Below the pieces are notes generated by a model. It was not told the DNA's origin, made no database searches, and worked only from the letters and a program-made list of their open reading frames with translations. The translations under genes were made by a program, and so were the position numbers. Below are positions 35,551 to 45,025 of a stretch of DNA of 64,000 nt, in pieces; position 1 is the first letter of the stretch, and each line of letters begins with the position of its first letter. This stretch comes from Acutalibacteraceae bacterium (lineage in GTDB: Bacteria; Bacillota; Clostridia; Oscillospirales; Acutalibacteraceae). The stretch lies in assembly GCA_045589395.1 (NCBI GenBank), contig JAZNOZ010000004.1:1433-65432 (forward strand). Direction: 5' to 3'.

Positions 35551-37383
35551 TTAAAGTATTTCGTTGAGTTTATCGAGAACAAGGCTTACAACTACCTGTG
35601 CTATAGTTGTGATGCCCTCCTTGCTCTGACCTACCGCGCTGATTATTGTCTGCGCCTCGTCAGTTCCTGCAAGGGGAGTGAGAGCTATAACACTTTCAAC
35701 AATTTTTTCGTTTATAGCATAGCCTATAAGGAAGTCTATTGTTTTCTGTGAATCAGCAACATAATAGCTGTTGCCGTTTGAGAGAGTTGTTTTACTTGCA
35801 CATCCGCGAAGAGTGTTTATGTCCATATCGGGCATATCAGCGTTTTCGTTTTTTGTGATAAGTGCTAAAAGACCGTCAAGAAGCTCGTTGAAGCTGCCTG
35901 AAATATCAATTCCGAGTTCACCGATAATCTTTACAAGAGAATCGCCGAGGTTGTGAAGCAGACCGCTTTCAAAGCCCATAAAGGCCGTTGCAAGAGGATG
36001 GAATTCGGCATCTATGCGAAGTGACTTCATACTCTTTACAAGCTCACCTGTTTCAATGAGGTCAGCAAAGTTTACAAGCATTGAGGGAAGTGCATTTACG
36101 GGATCGTTTGCAGCCTTTTCAACGGCAAAAAGAACGGGTTCAAGAATTGACTGCCATATGTCACCGAGTCCCGTATAGGAGCAGGCAACCTCAACTGAGG
36201 GATATTCACCGTCTTTAAGTCCTAATGCATTGAAAAGACGCACAAGGCAGGTTTCATAACCGCTCTTTTCGGAAGCATTGTAAATAGTTGCGGCTTCGAG
36301 ATTTATGTTCATAAAATCAGTCTTGAGTAAAAATTCGATAACATTTATGTTAACAGCCTTTGCTTTACCCTGTACACAGATTTCGAGAACGCCTCTGAGG
36401 CCCTCAGACATTGCATTCATTGCATTATAAAAGCTTGCTTTGTCACTTACCCCCCATTTTATAGAGTTCCACAAGGTTGTTTTTTTGCTCTCCCCGTCTG
36501 TATCTGTCCAGCTGACCTCGGCATCCATATAAGACCAGTCACCGTCGGCAGCCTTCAGGACCTCTGTAAGAGCTTTTCTTGTGCCGTCCTTGTCACAGCA
36601 GGTGTAGGAAGTATCGGGTATTTTGGTTGCATATAAAACGGGAGTTGCAAAAAGGTCAATTTCGGGAGCAAATTCCATCATATTGAGATTTGTAAGAACC
36701 TCGAAAAGCAAGGGGTATGCCATAGACATAACTGTGTTTACTATGGAATCGGAGTAAATAACATTCTTTACGAGCTTTACAATATCTGCAGCTGAAAAGC
36801 TTTTGTCTGTGAAATCCGAAAGAAGTGATGAAACAGCAGAGCCTATATCACCGCTCACCTCACCCAAGGAGAGATTAAGTGTTATATTGCTGTCCTGCGG
36901 TGTTGATGCCACAGGCTTGTCCTTATTAAGACCTGTTGCAATCAGAGCTGCACTTTCACCGAGAAGAGCCACGGCAAGCACAACAACGAGCACGGTTTTC
37001 CACACGGGCTTCTTTTTCTTGTTTATAACCTCTAAGTTTTCTTCCCAGGTTGAATTTTTTTCAAGCTGCTTCTGCTGTTTTATCGCAGCCTTTTCTTCCT
37101 TTATCATAGCTGCAATACGCTGAGATTTTGCCTTCTTCTCCTTTTGGATAAGCTTGTTATGCTGACGGACGGCACTGCCTTCCTTTGTACTGCTTTTAAC
37201 ATTCTTTTCCCATGTTTCTTTTGCTGCAGCTTTCTGAAGCTTAGCTGCTTCTTTTTCAGCTTTTTTCTCGGCTTTTACGCGTTTCTTTTCTTCTTTGAGA
37301 AGAATTTTATTATGCTTTCGCCCCTCAGAGCCTGTTTTCTGCTGAGCCTTCATATTCTGTTCCCAAGTGTTTTGTTTTTTCAT
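35551..37383 (-). CDS. type-II membrane protein: Lys-rich repetitive N-terminal tail, one TM, one copy of the unknown domain also found in 46738-49728
   Basis: 610 aa. Three 'TWE(Q/K/E)N..' Lys-rich repeats, TM 'WKTVLVVVLAVALLGESAALIATGL', then a domain sharing the blocks 'YSDSIVNTVMSMAY', 'KWGVSDKASF', 'SGYETCLVRLFNALG' and 'NDPVNALPSMLVNFADL' with the 996-aa protein. Confidence 0.7.
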   Translation of the reverse strand: MKKQNTWEQNMKAQQKTGSEGRKHNKILLKEEKKRVKAEKKAEKEAAKLQKAAAKETWEKNVKSSTKEGSAVRQHNKLIQKEKKAKSQRIAAMIKEEKAAIKQQKQLEKNSTWEENLEVINKKKKPVWKTVLVVVLAVALLGESAALIATGLNKDKPVASTPQDSNITLNLSLGEVSGDIGSAVSSLLSDFTDKSFSAADIVKLVKNVIYSDSIVNTVMSMAYPLLFEVLTNLNMMEFAPEIDLFATPVLYATKIPDTSYTCCDKDGTRKALTEVLKAADGDWSYMDAEVSWTDTDGESKKTTLWNSIKWGVSDKASFYNAMNAMSEGLRGVLEICVQGKAKAVNINVIEFLLKTDFMNINLEAATIYNASEKSGYETCLVRLFNALGLKDGEYPSVEVACSYTGLGDIWQSILEPVLFAVEKAANDPVNALPSMLVNFADLIETGELVKSMKSLRIDAEFHPLATAFMGFESGLLHNLGDSLVKIIGELGIDISGSFNELLDGLLALITKNENADMPDMDINTLRGCASKTTLSNGNSYYVADSQKTIDFLIGYAINEKIVESVIALTPLAGTDEAQTIISAVGQSKEGITTIAQVVVSLVLDKLNEIL

Positions 37384-37490
37384 ACTTTCAACCCTTTTTT
37401 ATTTTCTCCTATCTATTTTACCTATATTTTTGTTTAAGTCAATAATAATATCAGAAAAGCAATTATATTGTCGTTTTTGTCGGAAAAATC

Positions 37491-37537
37491 AACAAGAAAA
37501 GCTATATCCTTACCGATTCGGTGTAAGATATAGCTTT
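37491..37537 (-). terminator. Rho-independent terminator after the 37544 gene
   Basis: Minus-strand stem aaagctatatcttac / gtaaggatatagcttt followed by TCTTGTT. Confidence 0.65.
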
Positions 37538-37543
37538 CAGTGT

Positions 37544-38434
37544 TTACATAGGCATTCCGGGTGTGTTTCCTGCACCGCCCATAAGCTGTGCAAGCATTCC
37601 GGGCTTCTTTTCTTTTTTAGGCTTGTATGCGGGAGGATTTGCAAGACGCATACGGGCAGATTTACTCTTTGCTAATCTTTCATTTACTGAAAGGACGGGC
37701 TCGAGCATTGTATCTGTGAGATAGGGCATAATCTGCTGAATTATTTTAGGATCGTTGTTTATTTCACCGAGAATTGTAACGGCAATAAGACTCTGAACAT
37801 CATTTGTGCCGTCCTCATAAACCTCACCGAGAATATTGAAAAGTCTTTTTACCTTCTGAGGATTATTTTCTCTGATAACCTGCATAATGGGAGCATTTGC
37901 ATGGTTTACAAAGAAATCCTCGCCGAGAAATTCACCGTAGGTATCAAGATTTATCTTGATTTCATCCTTAAGCTCGGGGAACATGCCTGCGATTTTACTT
38001 GCAAGAGTAATTGCGTCATAGGAAAGAGCACCACTCTTTGCTGCAGCCTTTGAAACTGTTGCGGGAGCCTTTGATTTCTTTGCATATTTGTTTTTAACAA
38101 AGGAATCTGTGAGGTATTCGGAAATTTCGTTTGAAAGTGAACGGACATCCTTTTCATCATATTCATCCATAACGAAAAGATATGTGCTGTCAAGAGAAAG
38201 CTGTGAGTCATCGGATGTGTCAGCACCGTTTTCACCTCTTAAGAGATGTACACGGTTTTCGCTGTACACAAGACGGATAATTTCCTTGTCACTGCTGAAA
38301 TCCATGACCGAGGATTTTTCTCTCCGGAATACGGGGGTTGAAGAGTTCTTTGGCTTTACCGGCTCAAAACCGCAGGTGCTCATTGCCTGAGTTATGCCCT
38401 TGCAAAGCATTTCCATCATAGTTAACTGGTCCAT
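37544..38434 (-). CDS. hypothetical cytoplasmic protein
   Basis: 296 aa from ATG 38434 (the ORF-track GTG at 38443 is an alternative). No family recognised. Basic Pro/Gly/Met-rich C-terminal tail. Confidence 0.55.
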   Translation of the reverse strand: MDQLTMMEMLCKGITQAMSTCGFEPVKPKNSSTPVFRREKSSVMDFSSDKEIIRLVYSENRVHLLRGENGADTSDDSQLSLDSTYLFVMDEYDEKDVRSLSNEISEYLTDSFVKNKYAKKSKAPATVSKAAAKSGALSYDAITLASKIAGMFPELKDEIKINLDTYGEFLGEDFFVNHANAPIMQVIRENNPQKVKRLFNILGEVYEDGTNDVQSLIAVTILGEINNDPKIIQQIMPYLTDTMLEPVLSVNERLAKSKSARMRLANPPAYKPKKEKKPGMLAQLMGGAGNTPGMPM

Positions 38435-38467
38435 TATTTTCACCGAACGCTGTTTGTTCGTCCTTTC

Positions 38468-40060
38468 TTAAGAGTTGAGAGCTGCAAAGTTCTTTTTGTT
38501 TGCCTTGTAAAGCTCTTTATATACGGCATAAGCCTTATCGTACACTTCTTTGTTTTTTGGATTGGGAGTGTATGTTTTTGTTGCGGGAATAAGATTTTTA
38601 GCATCGCCTATTGATTTGATAAGTCCCAGACCTACTGCGATTGTTACCGCAGCACCAACTGCACCTACATTCTGAGCAGAATCAACGGTTTCCACCTTTT
38701 TGTTAAGAACATCACTTAAAATCTGACAGGTAAGCGGAGAGAGAGCACCGCCGCCTACGAAGCGTACAACATCGGAGGACTTGACCTTTTTGTCTTCAGC
38801 CTCCATAAACCAACGAAGATGATAGCAAACACCCTCTGTTACGGCTCTGATAAGCTCGCTCTTGCCTGTTTCAAGGCTTATGTTGAAGAACATTCCTCTT
38901 GCATTTGGATCTTCAAAGGGACAGCGGTTGCCGTGAAGCCAGGGAGTGAAGATAACACCGCCCGAGCCTGCGGGAACCTTGCTGCATATTTCTGTCATAT
39001 AGTCATAAAGGCTTGTATATTTAGCCTCATATTCGTCTGTTACATCTTTCTTTTCAAGGTAAATGCCGATTTCATCAAGAGCAAGGTGGTCCTTTACCCA
39101 TTCAAGACATTTACCCGCTGTTTCAAGCTCTGCAAAATAATTGTATTTGCCTTCATCTGCACCGATTATAGCGGCAATCATAGCAGAAGCGTCAACAATA
39201 CTCTTGTCAACAACAGTTGAAACCCAACCTGATGTTCCGCAGTAGATATGAGTGTCACCCAATGCAACGGAGCCTGCACCTACACCGATAAGTGAAGCGT
39301 CACCGCCACCGCCGAAAACAGCCGTACCCTCTTTAAGTCCCAGCTGCTCAGCCTGTTCCTTGCGCAGTGTGCCTACAACAGAGGTTGAGGAAACGATTTC
39401 AGGCATATGATTTACATCAACACCTAATGTTTTGCAAAGACTTGCACTCCAGCACTTGTGTCCCTCTCTTAAATCGTATAAGAGAGCACCGAAGGCGGAG
39501 TCTGTTGTCATAGTGAATTTACCTGTCATACGGCAGATAAGATAATCCTTTACATCGAGCCACTTGTGAACTCGCTTGAAGTTCTCGGGCTCGTGGTTTT
39601 TAACCCAATTGTATTTCCATACAGGGTCCTTTACGGATGCTGCAACCGCACCTGTTATCATAAGTGATTTAAGGAGAATCGGAATACTTGCACCTGCTAT
39701 CTGCACACCGTGAGCAATGCCCTTTTTAAGCTCTTCTCTTGCTCTCTGGTCCATATAGCTCATAGCGCGTCTTACGGGAACACCCTCTTTGTCAACAAGA
39801 ACGAGTCCCTGCATCTGTGAGCAGAAGGAGATACCTTCAATCTGTTCTGGAGAAATTCCTGATTTGCTTATAGCTTCCTTTGAGGTTTCGCACATAGCTG
39901 CCCACCATTCATCGGGGTCCTGCTCTGCTCCGCCGTCCGGGAAAACATAAAGCTTATAGCCCTTTGATGCGCTTGCTAAAAGTTCAATCTTGTCTGATAT
40001 AGCAAACACACAGGTCTTAACGCCTGTTGTGCCGATATCAAATGTTATAGCGTATTTCAC
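38468..40060 (-). CDS. FGGY-family carbohydrate kinase (xylulokinase/gluconokinase-like)
   Basis: 530 aa. N-terminal 'AITFDIGTTGVKT' actin-fold phosphate-1 motif and 'FVGGGA' near the C-terminus. Confidence 0.85.
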   Translation of the reverse strand: MKYAITFDIGTTGVKTCVFAISDKIELLASASKGYKLYVFPDGGAEQDPDEWWAAMCETSKEAISKSGISPEQIEGISFCSQMQGLVLVDKEGVPVRRAMSYMDQRAREELKKGIAHGVQIAGASIPILLKSLMITGAVAASVKDPVWKYNWVKNHEPENFKRVHKWLDVKDYLICRMTGKFTMTTDSAFGALLYDLREGHKCWSASLCKTLGVDVNHMPEIVSSTSVVGTLRKEQAEQLGLKEGTAVFGGGGDASLIGVGAGSVALGDTHIYCGTSGWVSTVVDKSIVDASAMIAAIIGADEGKYNYFAELETAGKCLEWVKDHLALDEIGIYLEKKDVTDEYEAKYTSLYDYMTEICSKVPAGSGGVIFTPWLHGNRCPFEDPNARGMFFNISLETGKSELIRAVTEGVCYHLRWFMEAEDKKVKSSDVVRFVGGGALSPLTCQILSDVLNKKVETVDSAQNVGAVGAAVTIAVGLGLIKSIGDAKNLIPATKTYTPNPKNKEVYDKAYAVYKELYKANKKNFAALNS

Positions 40061-40094
40061 AAAATCACTTTCCTTTTATGAATTGTACAATTAT

Positions 40095-40694
40095 TTACAG
40101 TGTCTGTCTGCCTGCAAAGGCTCTGGTGAGAGTAACGCTGTCTGCATACTGTAAATCCGAGCCAACAGGCAGGCCGTATGCAAGTCTTGTTACCTTTATA
40201 CCGAGAGGCTTAAGAAGCTTTGAAATATACATAGCAGTAAGCTCACCCTCAACATCGGAGCCTGTTGCCATAATAACCTCGCTTATCTCCTCTGAGTTTA
40301 CCCTGCTGAGAAGCTCTTTTACGGTTATGTCATCGGGACCTATTTCATCAAGCGGAGAAATAGAGCCGTGAAGAACATGATATGTTCCTTTATATTCGTT
40401 TGTTTTTTCTATTGCCATCAGAGATTCAACATTTTCCACAACGCATATAAGAGAATTGTTGCGCACGGGGCTTTTACATATAGGACAAAGCTCACCGTCG
40501 GTGAGATTACAGCATTTTGCACAACGGTGGATTTTTTCGGCGGCTTCTCTGACTGCATCCGACAGAGAGAAAGCTTCTTCCTGCGGTAAAGACAAAACAT
40601 GAAAAGCCATTCTCTGCGCTGTTTTTGCACCGATACCCGGCATACGCTGAAAATGTTCTATTAAATTCTGAAGCGGAACGGCTGAAAATTCCAA
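40095..40694 (-). CDS. recR: recombination protein RecR
   Basis: 199 aa. HhH 'LPGIGAKTAQRMAFH', a C4 zinc finger 'CAKCCNLTDGELCPIC', and a Toprim domain. Confidence 0.95.
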   Translation of the reverse strand: MEFSAVPLQNLIEHFQRMPGIGAKTAQRMAFHVLSLPQEEAFSLSDAVREAAEKIHRCAKCCNLTDGELCPICKSPVRNNSLICVVENVESLMAIEKTNEYKGTYHVLHGSISPLDEIGPDDITVKELLSRVNSEEISEVIMATGSDVEGELTAMYISKLLKPLGIKVTRLAYGLPVGSDLQYADSVTLTRAFAGRQTL

Positions 40695-40695
40695 T

Positions 40696-41037
40696 TTATA
40701 TACCTAAGCCGGGAATGTTAAGTCCGCCTGTAACCTTTCCCATTTCTCTTTCCATAGTGTCATTAGCCTTGCGGATTGCTTCGTTAAGGGATGCTATGAG
40801 AAGATCCTCCAGCATTTCAATGTCTTCGGGGTCAACAACATCGGGCTGAATTTTAACAGAAAGAACCTCATGCTTACCGCTTACCTTTACTTCAACTGCG
40901 CCGCCGCCGGAGGAAGCAGAATATTCGGCTTCTTCAACCTCTTGCTGAACTCTTGCCATTTCCTCCTGCATTTTCTGAATTTTAAGCATCATATCGTTGC
41001 GTGAGCCGCCGCCTTGATTGGGAATTCTTGCTTTCAT
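40696..41037 (-). CDS. ybaB: YbaB/EbfC-family nucleoid-associated protein
   Basis: 113 aa sitting between dnaX and recR, as in most bacteria. 'MMLKIQKMQEEMARVQQE...VKVSG' is typical of the family. Confidence 0.9.
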   Translation of the reverse strand: MKARIPNQGGGSRNDMMLKIQKMQEEMARVQQEVEEAEYSASSGGGAVEVKVSGKHEVLSVKIQPDVVDPEDIEMLEDLLIASLNEAIRKANDTMEREMGKVTGGLNIPGLGI

Positions 41038-41052
41038 TTTATATTCCTCCGA

Positions 41053-42903
41053 TTACTTTATTTTAACATTATATTCTTTATTCAGCACAAAGGATGCCGA
41101 ATTTTTTACATGCTTGCATATGAGTGCGCTGTTTGCAAATTTCTTAAGAGTTGCATCTGCAAACTCAATTAAAAGAGTGTTTCCCTCAATATATCCCTTT
41201 GAGCCCGTGAGCTGACCTATAAGGGGCATAAATGCTTTTTCCGTTTCAAGGATAATTTTCATCCATGTTGAGGGATTTATCTGACTTGAAGCCGTGTCTG
41301 TGCTTTCATCGCCGAAGGGTAGGTCTGCCGGCTGTGAAGAAGAGCCGAACGGCATTTCACCGCCAAAGGAAAAGTCCTGAGAAGGCTGCTTCGGCTCGGA
41401 GTGACTCTGCTGAGCCTTGTCATCCTCAAGCTCAGCCATAAAGGCATCAAAGTCAAAGGTGTCATCATTGTCATCGCTGCCGTTATCAGCTGCGGCAAAT
41501 TTATCTGCGAATGAGAAAGAGGGAGCTTCAGCAGCAAAGCCTGAGAAAGAGGATGCAGGCTTTTCTTCAATGCGCGGATTATCTGAAATAATTTTTTCGG
41601 GAACAGCTTCGGGAATATCCCAAGGTACATCTGCAAGTGCCGATTTTTCTTCGGGAATATCCCAAGGTACATCCGTGTGTGCAATTTCTTCTTTTTTCTT
41701 CTCGGTTTTCTGTACAGGAACGGGAATTTCCTTCGGCTGTACAAATGTACCGTTTTTCAGAAGTGCAATTTCCTTTTCAAGCTGTGCAATTCTTGCAGTG
41801 AGTGCGCTTACATCGTTTTCGCCCTCGGGACGGCACATTCTTATTAGCGCAATTTCTGCTTCAATTCGTCTGTTCTGGGTTTTCTTGATTGCCTGTGAAG
41901 CAGAAGTGAGCACATTGAGTGCAAACATAACAAAATCCGATGTAAAGAGATTGCAGAGAGCTTTTACCGTTTCAAGCTCTTCGGCTGTGCACACAATAAG
42001 ATTTTCGGGGTGCTGAACGGTTTTTATTATAAGGAAATTTCTGAACTGGTCAATAAGCTCCGTACAGAGTCTTTCTGTGTCGCACGATGCCTTGTGAAGC
42101 TCATCGAGAATATTAAGGCATTTTGCCGTGTCTTTATCTGCAACTGCTCTTATGAGTGCATAAAGATGCTCTCTGCCCATAAGTCCCGCACAGGCTGACA
42201 CCGTCTGTATATCAACATTCTGAGTAACGCTTAAAGCTCTGTCAAGCAAGGATAAGGCATCACGCATACCGCCATCTGCAATTCTTGCTATGAGAATTGC
42301 GGCATCCCTTTCGAGAAAGGTTTTTTCGGCAGTTGCAACCTCAATAAGTCTGTCTGCAATTATATCAGGCTCAATTCTTCTGAAATCGAAGCGCTGACAG
42401 CGTGAAAGTATTGTTGAGGGAAGCTTTTGTACTTCTGTTGTTGCAAGAATGAACTTGACATGCTCGGGAGGCTCTTCAAGAGTTTTAAGCAAAGCATTGA
42501 AAGCCTCTATCGTGAGCATATGAACCTCATCTATGATATAAACGCGGTATTTTGCCTGAGAGGGTGTGAAGTTTGCTTCATCTCTTAAAAGACGGATATC
42601 ATCAATACCTCGGTTACTTGCAGCATCTATTTCAACTATATCGAGAACGGTTCCTCTGTCTATCCCTTTGCAGATTTCGCATTCATTACAGGGATTTCCG
42701 TCCTTCGGATTAAGACAGTTTACCGCCTTTGAAAAGATTTTTGCACAGGTGGTTTTACCTGTTCCTCTTGAGCCTGTAAAAAGATAAGCGTGAGCCAGAC
42801 GGTTTTCTCTTATCTGGGAAGAAAGTGTTTTTGTGACCTGAGGCTGCCCTACAACATCGGAAAAAATCTGCGGACGCCATTTGCGGTATAATACTCTGTA
42901 CAT
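41053..42903 (-). CDS. dnaX: DNA polymerase III subunit gamma/tau
   Basis: 616 aa from ATG 42903 (RBS AGGAGGG). 'YRKWRPQIFSDVVGQ', Walker A 'GSRGTGKTT', a zinc module 'CNECEICKG', and 'IIDEVHML'. The ORF-track start 43056 runs through the SRP RNA gene. Confidence 0.93.
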   Translation of the reverse strand: MYRVLYRKWRPQIFSDVVGQPQVTKTLSSQIRENRLAHAYLFTGSRGTGKTTCAKIFSKAVNCLNPKDGNPCNECEICKGIDRGTVLDIVEIDAASNRGIDDIRLLRDEANFTPSQAKYRVYIIDEVHMLTIEAFNALLKTLEEPPEHVKFILATTEVQKLPSTILSRCQRFDFRRIEPDIIADRLIEVATAEKTFLERDAAILIARIADGGMRDALSLLDRALSVTQNVDIQTVSACAGLMGREHLYALIRAVADKDTAKCLNILDELHKASCDTERLCTELIDQFRNFLIIKTVQHPENLIVCTAEELETVKALCNLFTSDFVMFALNVLTSASQAIKKTQNRRIEAEIALIRMCRPEGENDVSALTARIAQLEKEIALLKNGTFVQPKEIPVPVQKTEKKKEEIAHTDVPWDIPEEKSALADVPWDIPEAVPEKIISDNPRIEEKPASSFSGFAAEAPSFSFADKFAAADNGSDDNDDTFDFDAFMAELEDDKAQQSHSEPKQPSQDFSFGGEMPFGSSSQPADLPFGDESTDTASSQINPSTWMKIILETEKAFMPLIGQLTGSKGYIEGNTLLIEFADATLKKFANSALICKHVKNSASFVLNKEYNVKIK

Positions 42904-42931
42904 TTTCTTCCCTCCTAAAAAAATTTTGCCT

Positions 42932-43050
42932 CTGTCACACGGCGTGCAGGCGGACTGTGTCGCACGGGCATACCGCTTAATGCTGCTCGGTTCCCCGCCT
43001 GACATGGTTCGCGGCGCTCCGTCGCACAGGACCAACACGCCGCATGACAG
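42932..43050 (-). ncRNA. ffs: signal recognition particle RNA (small 4.5S-type)
   Basis: The minus strand reads ...CAUGUCAGG-CGG-GGAA-CCG-AGCAGCAUUAAG..., the domain IV symmetric loop plus GGAA tetraloop. The termini CUGUCAUGCGGCGUG / CACGCCGUGUGACAG pair. It sits upstream of dnaX as in other Firmicutes. Ends are approximate. Confidence 0.85.
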
Positions 43051-43223
43051 AAGCAAAATCCAAAAAATTATTGATTGAGCGCTTTTATATACGCTGCCCG
43101 AATATTATAATATAATTATTTTCATTTGGCAAGTCTTTTTTTGAAAAATCCTGTCTTGTAAAACAAAATATAAAGATGTATAATATTTCTATTCTACGAA
43201 GATTAAAGGGGAAGTGATGTTAT

Positions 43224-44996
43224 TTGGAAAGTAAAACCTCCCGAAGAGAAGGGCAGAAGAGCGTAAAGGTCATAAAAAGACTTCTTCCGTACTACAAGCC
43301 ATATTGGAAAACTCTTGTTTTTGACCTGATGTGTGCAGCACTAACAACTCTTTGTGAGCTTGTGCTCCCGCTTATTGTCAGGCGCATAACAAATGCAGCA
43401 ACCGAAAATACCGAGCCGCTTACAACAGGTCTTATACTGTCAATGGGCGGAGTGTATATCTTTTTAAGACTGGTTGATACTCTGGCATCATACTATATGT
43501 CAACTGTCGGTCATATTATGGGCACAAAGATTGAAACGGATCTGCGCCTTGATTTGTTCTCCCATCTGCAGAAGCTCTCATTTTCATATTTTAACGACAC
43601 AAAAGTCGGTGTGCTGATGTCGAGAATAACAAACGACTTATTTGATGTCACCGAGTTTGCGCATCACTGCCCCGAGGAATTTTTCATAGCAGGCGTTAAA
43701 ATTATCGGCTCGTTTACTATTCTTTGTACAGTGAATGTACCTCTCACACTCATTATTTTCGCAATGCTGCCGCCTATGGTATTCATAATGTTCCGCCTTA
43801 ACAGAAGAATGAAGGACGGACACAGGGAATCAAGAAAAAAAGCAGGCGAGCTTAATGCTGATATTGAGGATTCCTTATTGGGTATACATGTTGTCAAATC
43901 ATTTGCTGCCGAGAAAAGAGAAATAGACCGCTTTCAGAAGGGCAACAAGGCATTTTACAAGGTCAAGGCACAGGTATATAAGTATATGGGCTCGTTCCAC
44001 AGTATGTCCCGTCTGTGTGACGGTCTTATGTATATCGTCACCGTTATGGCAGGTGCGTTTTTTATCAAGGGCGAACATATAAATGCGGCAGACCTTGTTG
44101 CATATCTTTTGTATGTGAGCACACTTTTTGCCTCGGTCCGCACAATTCTGCAGTTTACCGAGCAGTTCTACAGAGGTATAACGGGTGTTGAACGCTTCTG
44201 CGAAATTGTTGACACCGAGCCTGATATAAAGGATATAAAGGGTGCACGGGATATAGGCGGGGTTGACGGTGAAATCCGCTTTGAGAATGTAAGCTTTTCT
44301 TATGAAGAAAAGGGCAAAACAATTCTCAGTAACTTCAATCTGCATATCAAAAAAGGTGAAAACCTTGCTATAGTAGGTCCGTCAGGTGCGGGAAAAACAA
44401 CGCTCTGTGCGCTTATCCCCCGTTTTTATGAGCCTCAGGAGGGAAAGATACTTATTGACGGCAAGGATATTTCCGAGGTCACTATGAGCTCTCTGAGAAA
44501 GAGCATCGGTATAGTTGAGCAGGATGTTTATTTGTTCTCAGGTACGATAAGAGAAAATATAGCCTATTCAAAGCCCGATGCAACAGATGAGGAGGTAATA
44601 AATGCCGCCCGTCTTGCAGGTGCATATGAGTTCATAAACGAATTCCCTGACGGAATGGATACCTATGTAGGCGAAAGGGGAGTGAAGCTCTCAGGCGGTC
44701 AGAAGCAGAGAATTTCCATTGCAAGAGTGTTCCTTAAAAATCCTCCCGTTCTTATTCTTGATGAAGCAACGAGTGCACTTGATAACGAGAGTGAAAGACT
44801 TGTCAGAGAATCCCTTGCAAGGCTCGCCGTGGGCAGAACAACGCTTACAATAGCACACCGCCTTACAACAATAAAAAATGCAGACAGAATTATTGTTCTG
44901 ACGGATGACGGAATTGCAGAAGAGGGCAATCACAGTGCATTAATGGCTAAAAACGGTATTTATGCAGAAATGTATAAGCTATATTCAACAGACTGA
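43224..44996 (+). CDS. ABC exporter, fused transmembrane and ATP-binding domains (MsbA/type-I exporter fold)
   Basis: 590 aa. Six-TM N-terminal half. Walker A 'GPSGAGKTT', signature 'LSGGQKQR', Walker B 'ILILDEATS'. Putative TTG start after AAAGGGGAAG. Confidence 0.85.
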   Translation: MESKTSRREGQKSVKVIKRLLPYYKPYWKTLVFDLMCAALTTLCELVLPLIVRRITNAATENTEPLTTGLILSMGGVYIFLRLVDTLASYYMSTVGHIMGTKIETDLRLDLFSHLQKLSFSYFNDTKVGVLMSRITNDLFDVTEFAHHCPEEFFIAGVKIIGSFTILCTVNVPLTLIIFAMLPPMVFIMFRLNRRMKDGHRESRKKAGELNADIEDSLLGIHVVKSFAAEKREIDRFQKGNKAFYKVKAQVYKYMGSFHSMSRLCDGLMYIVTVMAGAFFIKGEHINAADLVAYLLYVSTLFASVRTILQFTEQFYRGITGVERFCEIVDTEPDIKDIKGARDIGGVDGEIRFENVSFSYEEKGKTILSNFNLHIKKGENLAIVGPSGAGKTTLCALIPRFYEPQEGKILIDGKDISEVTMSSLRKSIGIVEQDVYLFSGTIRENIAYSKPDATDEEVINAARLAGAYEFINEFPDGMDTYVGERGVKLSGGQKQRISIARVFLKNPPVLILDEATSALDNESERLVRESLARLAVGRTTLTIAHRLTTIKNADRIIVLTDDGIAEEGNHSALMAKNGIYAEMYKLYSTD

Positions 44997-45025
44997 AATA
45001 AATTCAATGTAAAGGAGAAAGAAAA

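Noticed and set aside
41053-42903. A programmed -1 frameshift in dnaX at the A6G run (aagAAAAAAGaag, about 41691-41700), producing a gamma subunit as in E. coli.
   Set aside because: The A-run is in register AAA-AAA-G, not A-AAA-AAG. The -1 frame stays open for about 38 codons instead of terminating at once. I see no downstream stem-loop or upstream SD-like enhancer. Frameshifting in dnaX is not established for Firmicutes.
42904-43056. The N-terminal 51 residues of the ORF-track dnaX ORF (start at 43056).
   Set aside because: This stretch is the SRP RNA gene read as protein. The ATG at 42903 has a perfect AGGAGGG RBS and begins the conserved 'MYRVLYRKWRP' N-terminus. Similar spurious 5' extensions were trimmed at 11171, 29411, 32106, 58729, 58993, 25222, 24495, 23927 and 2756.
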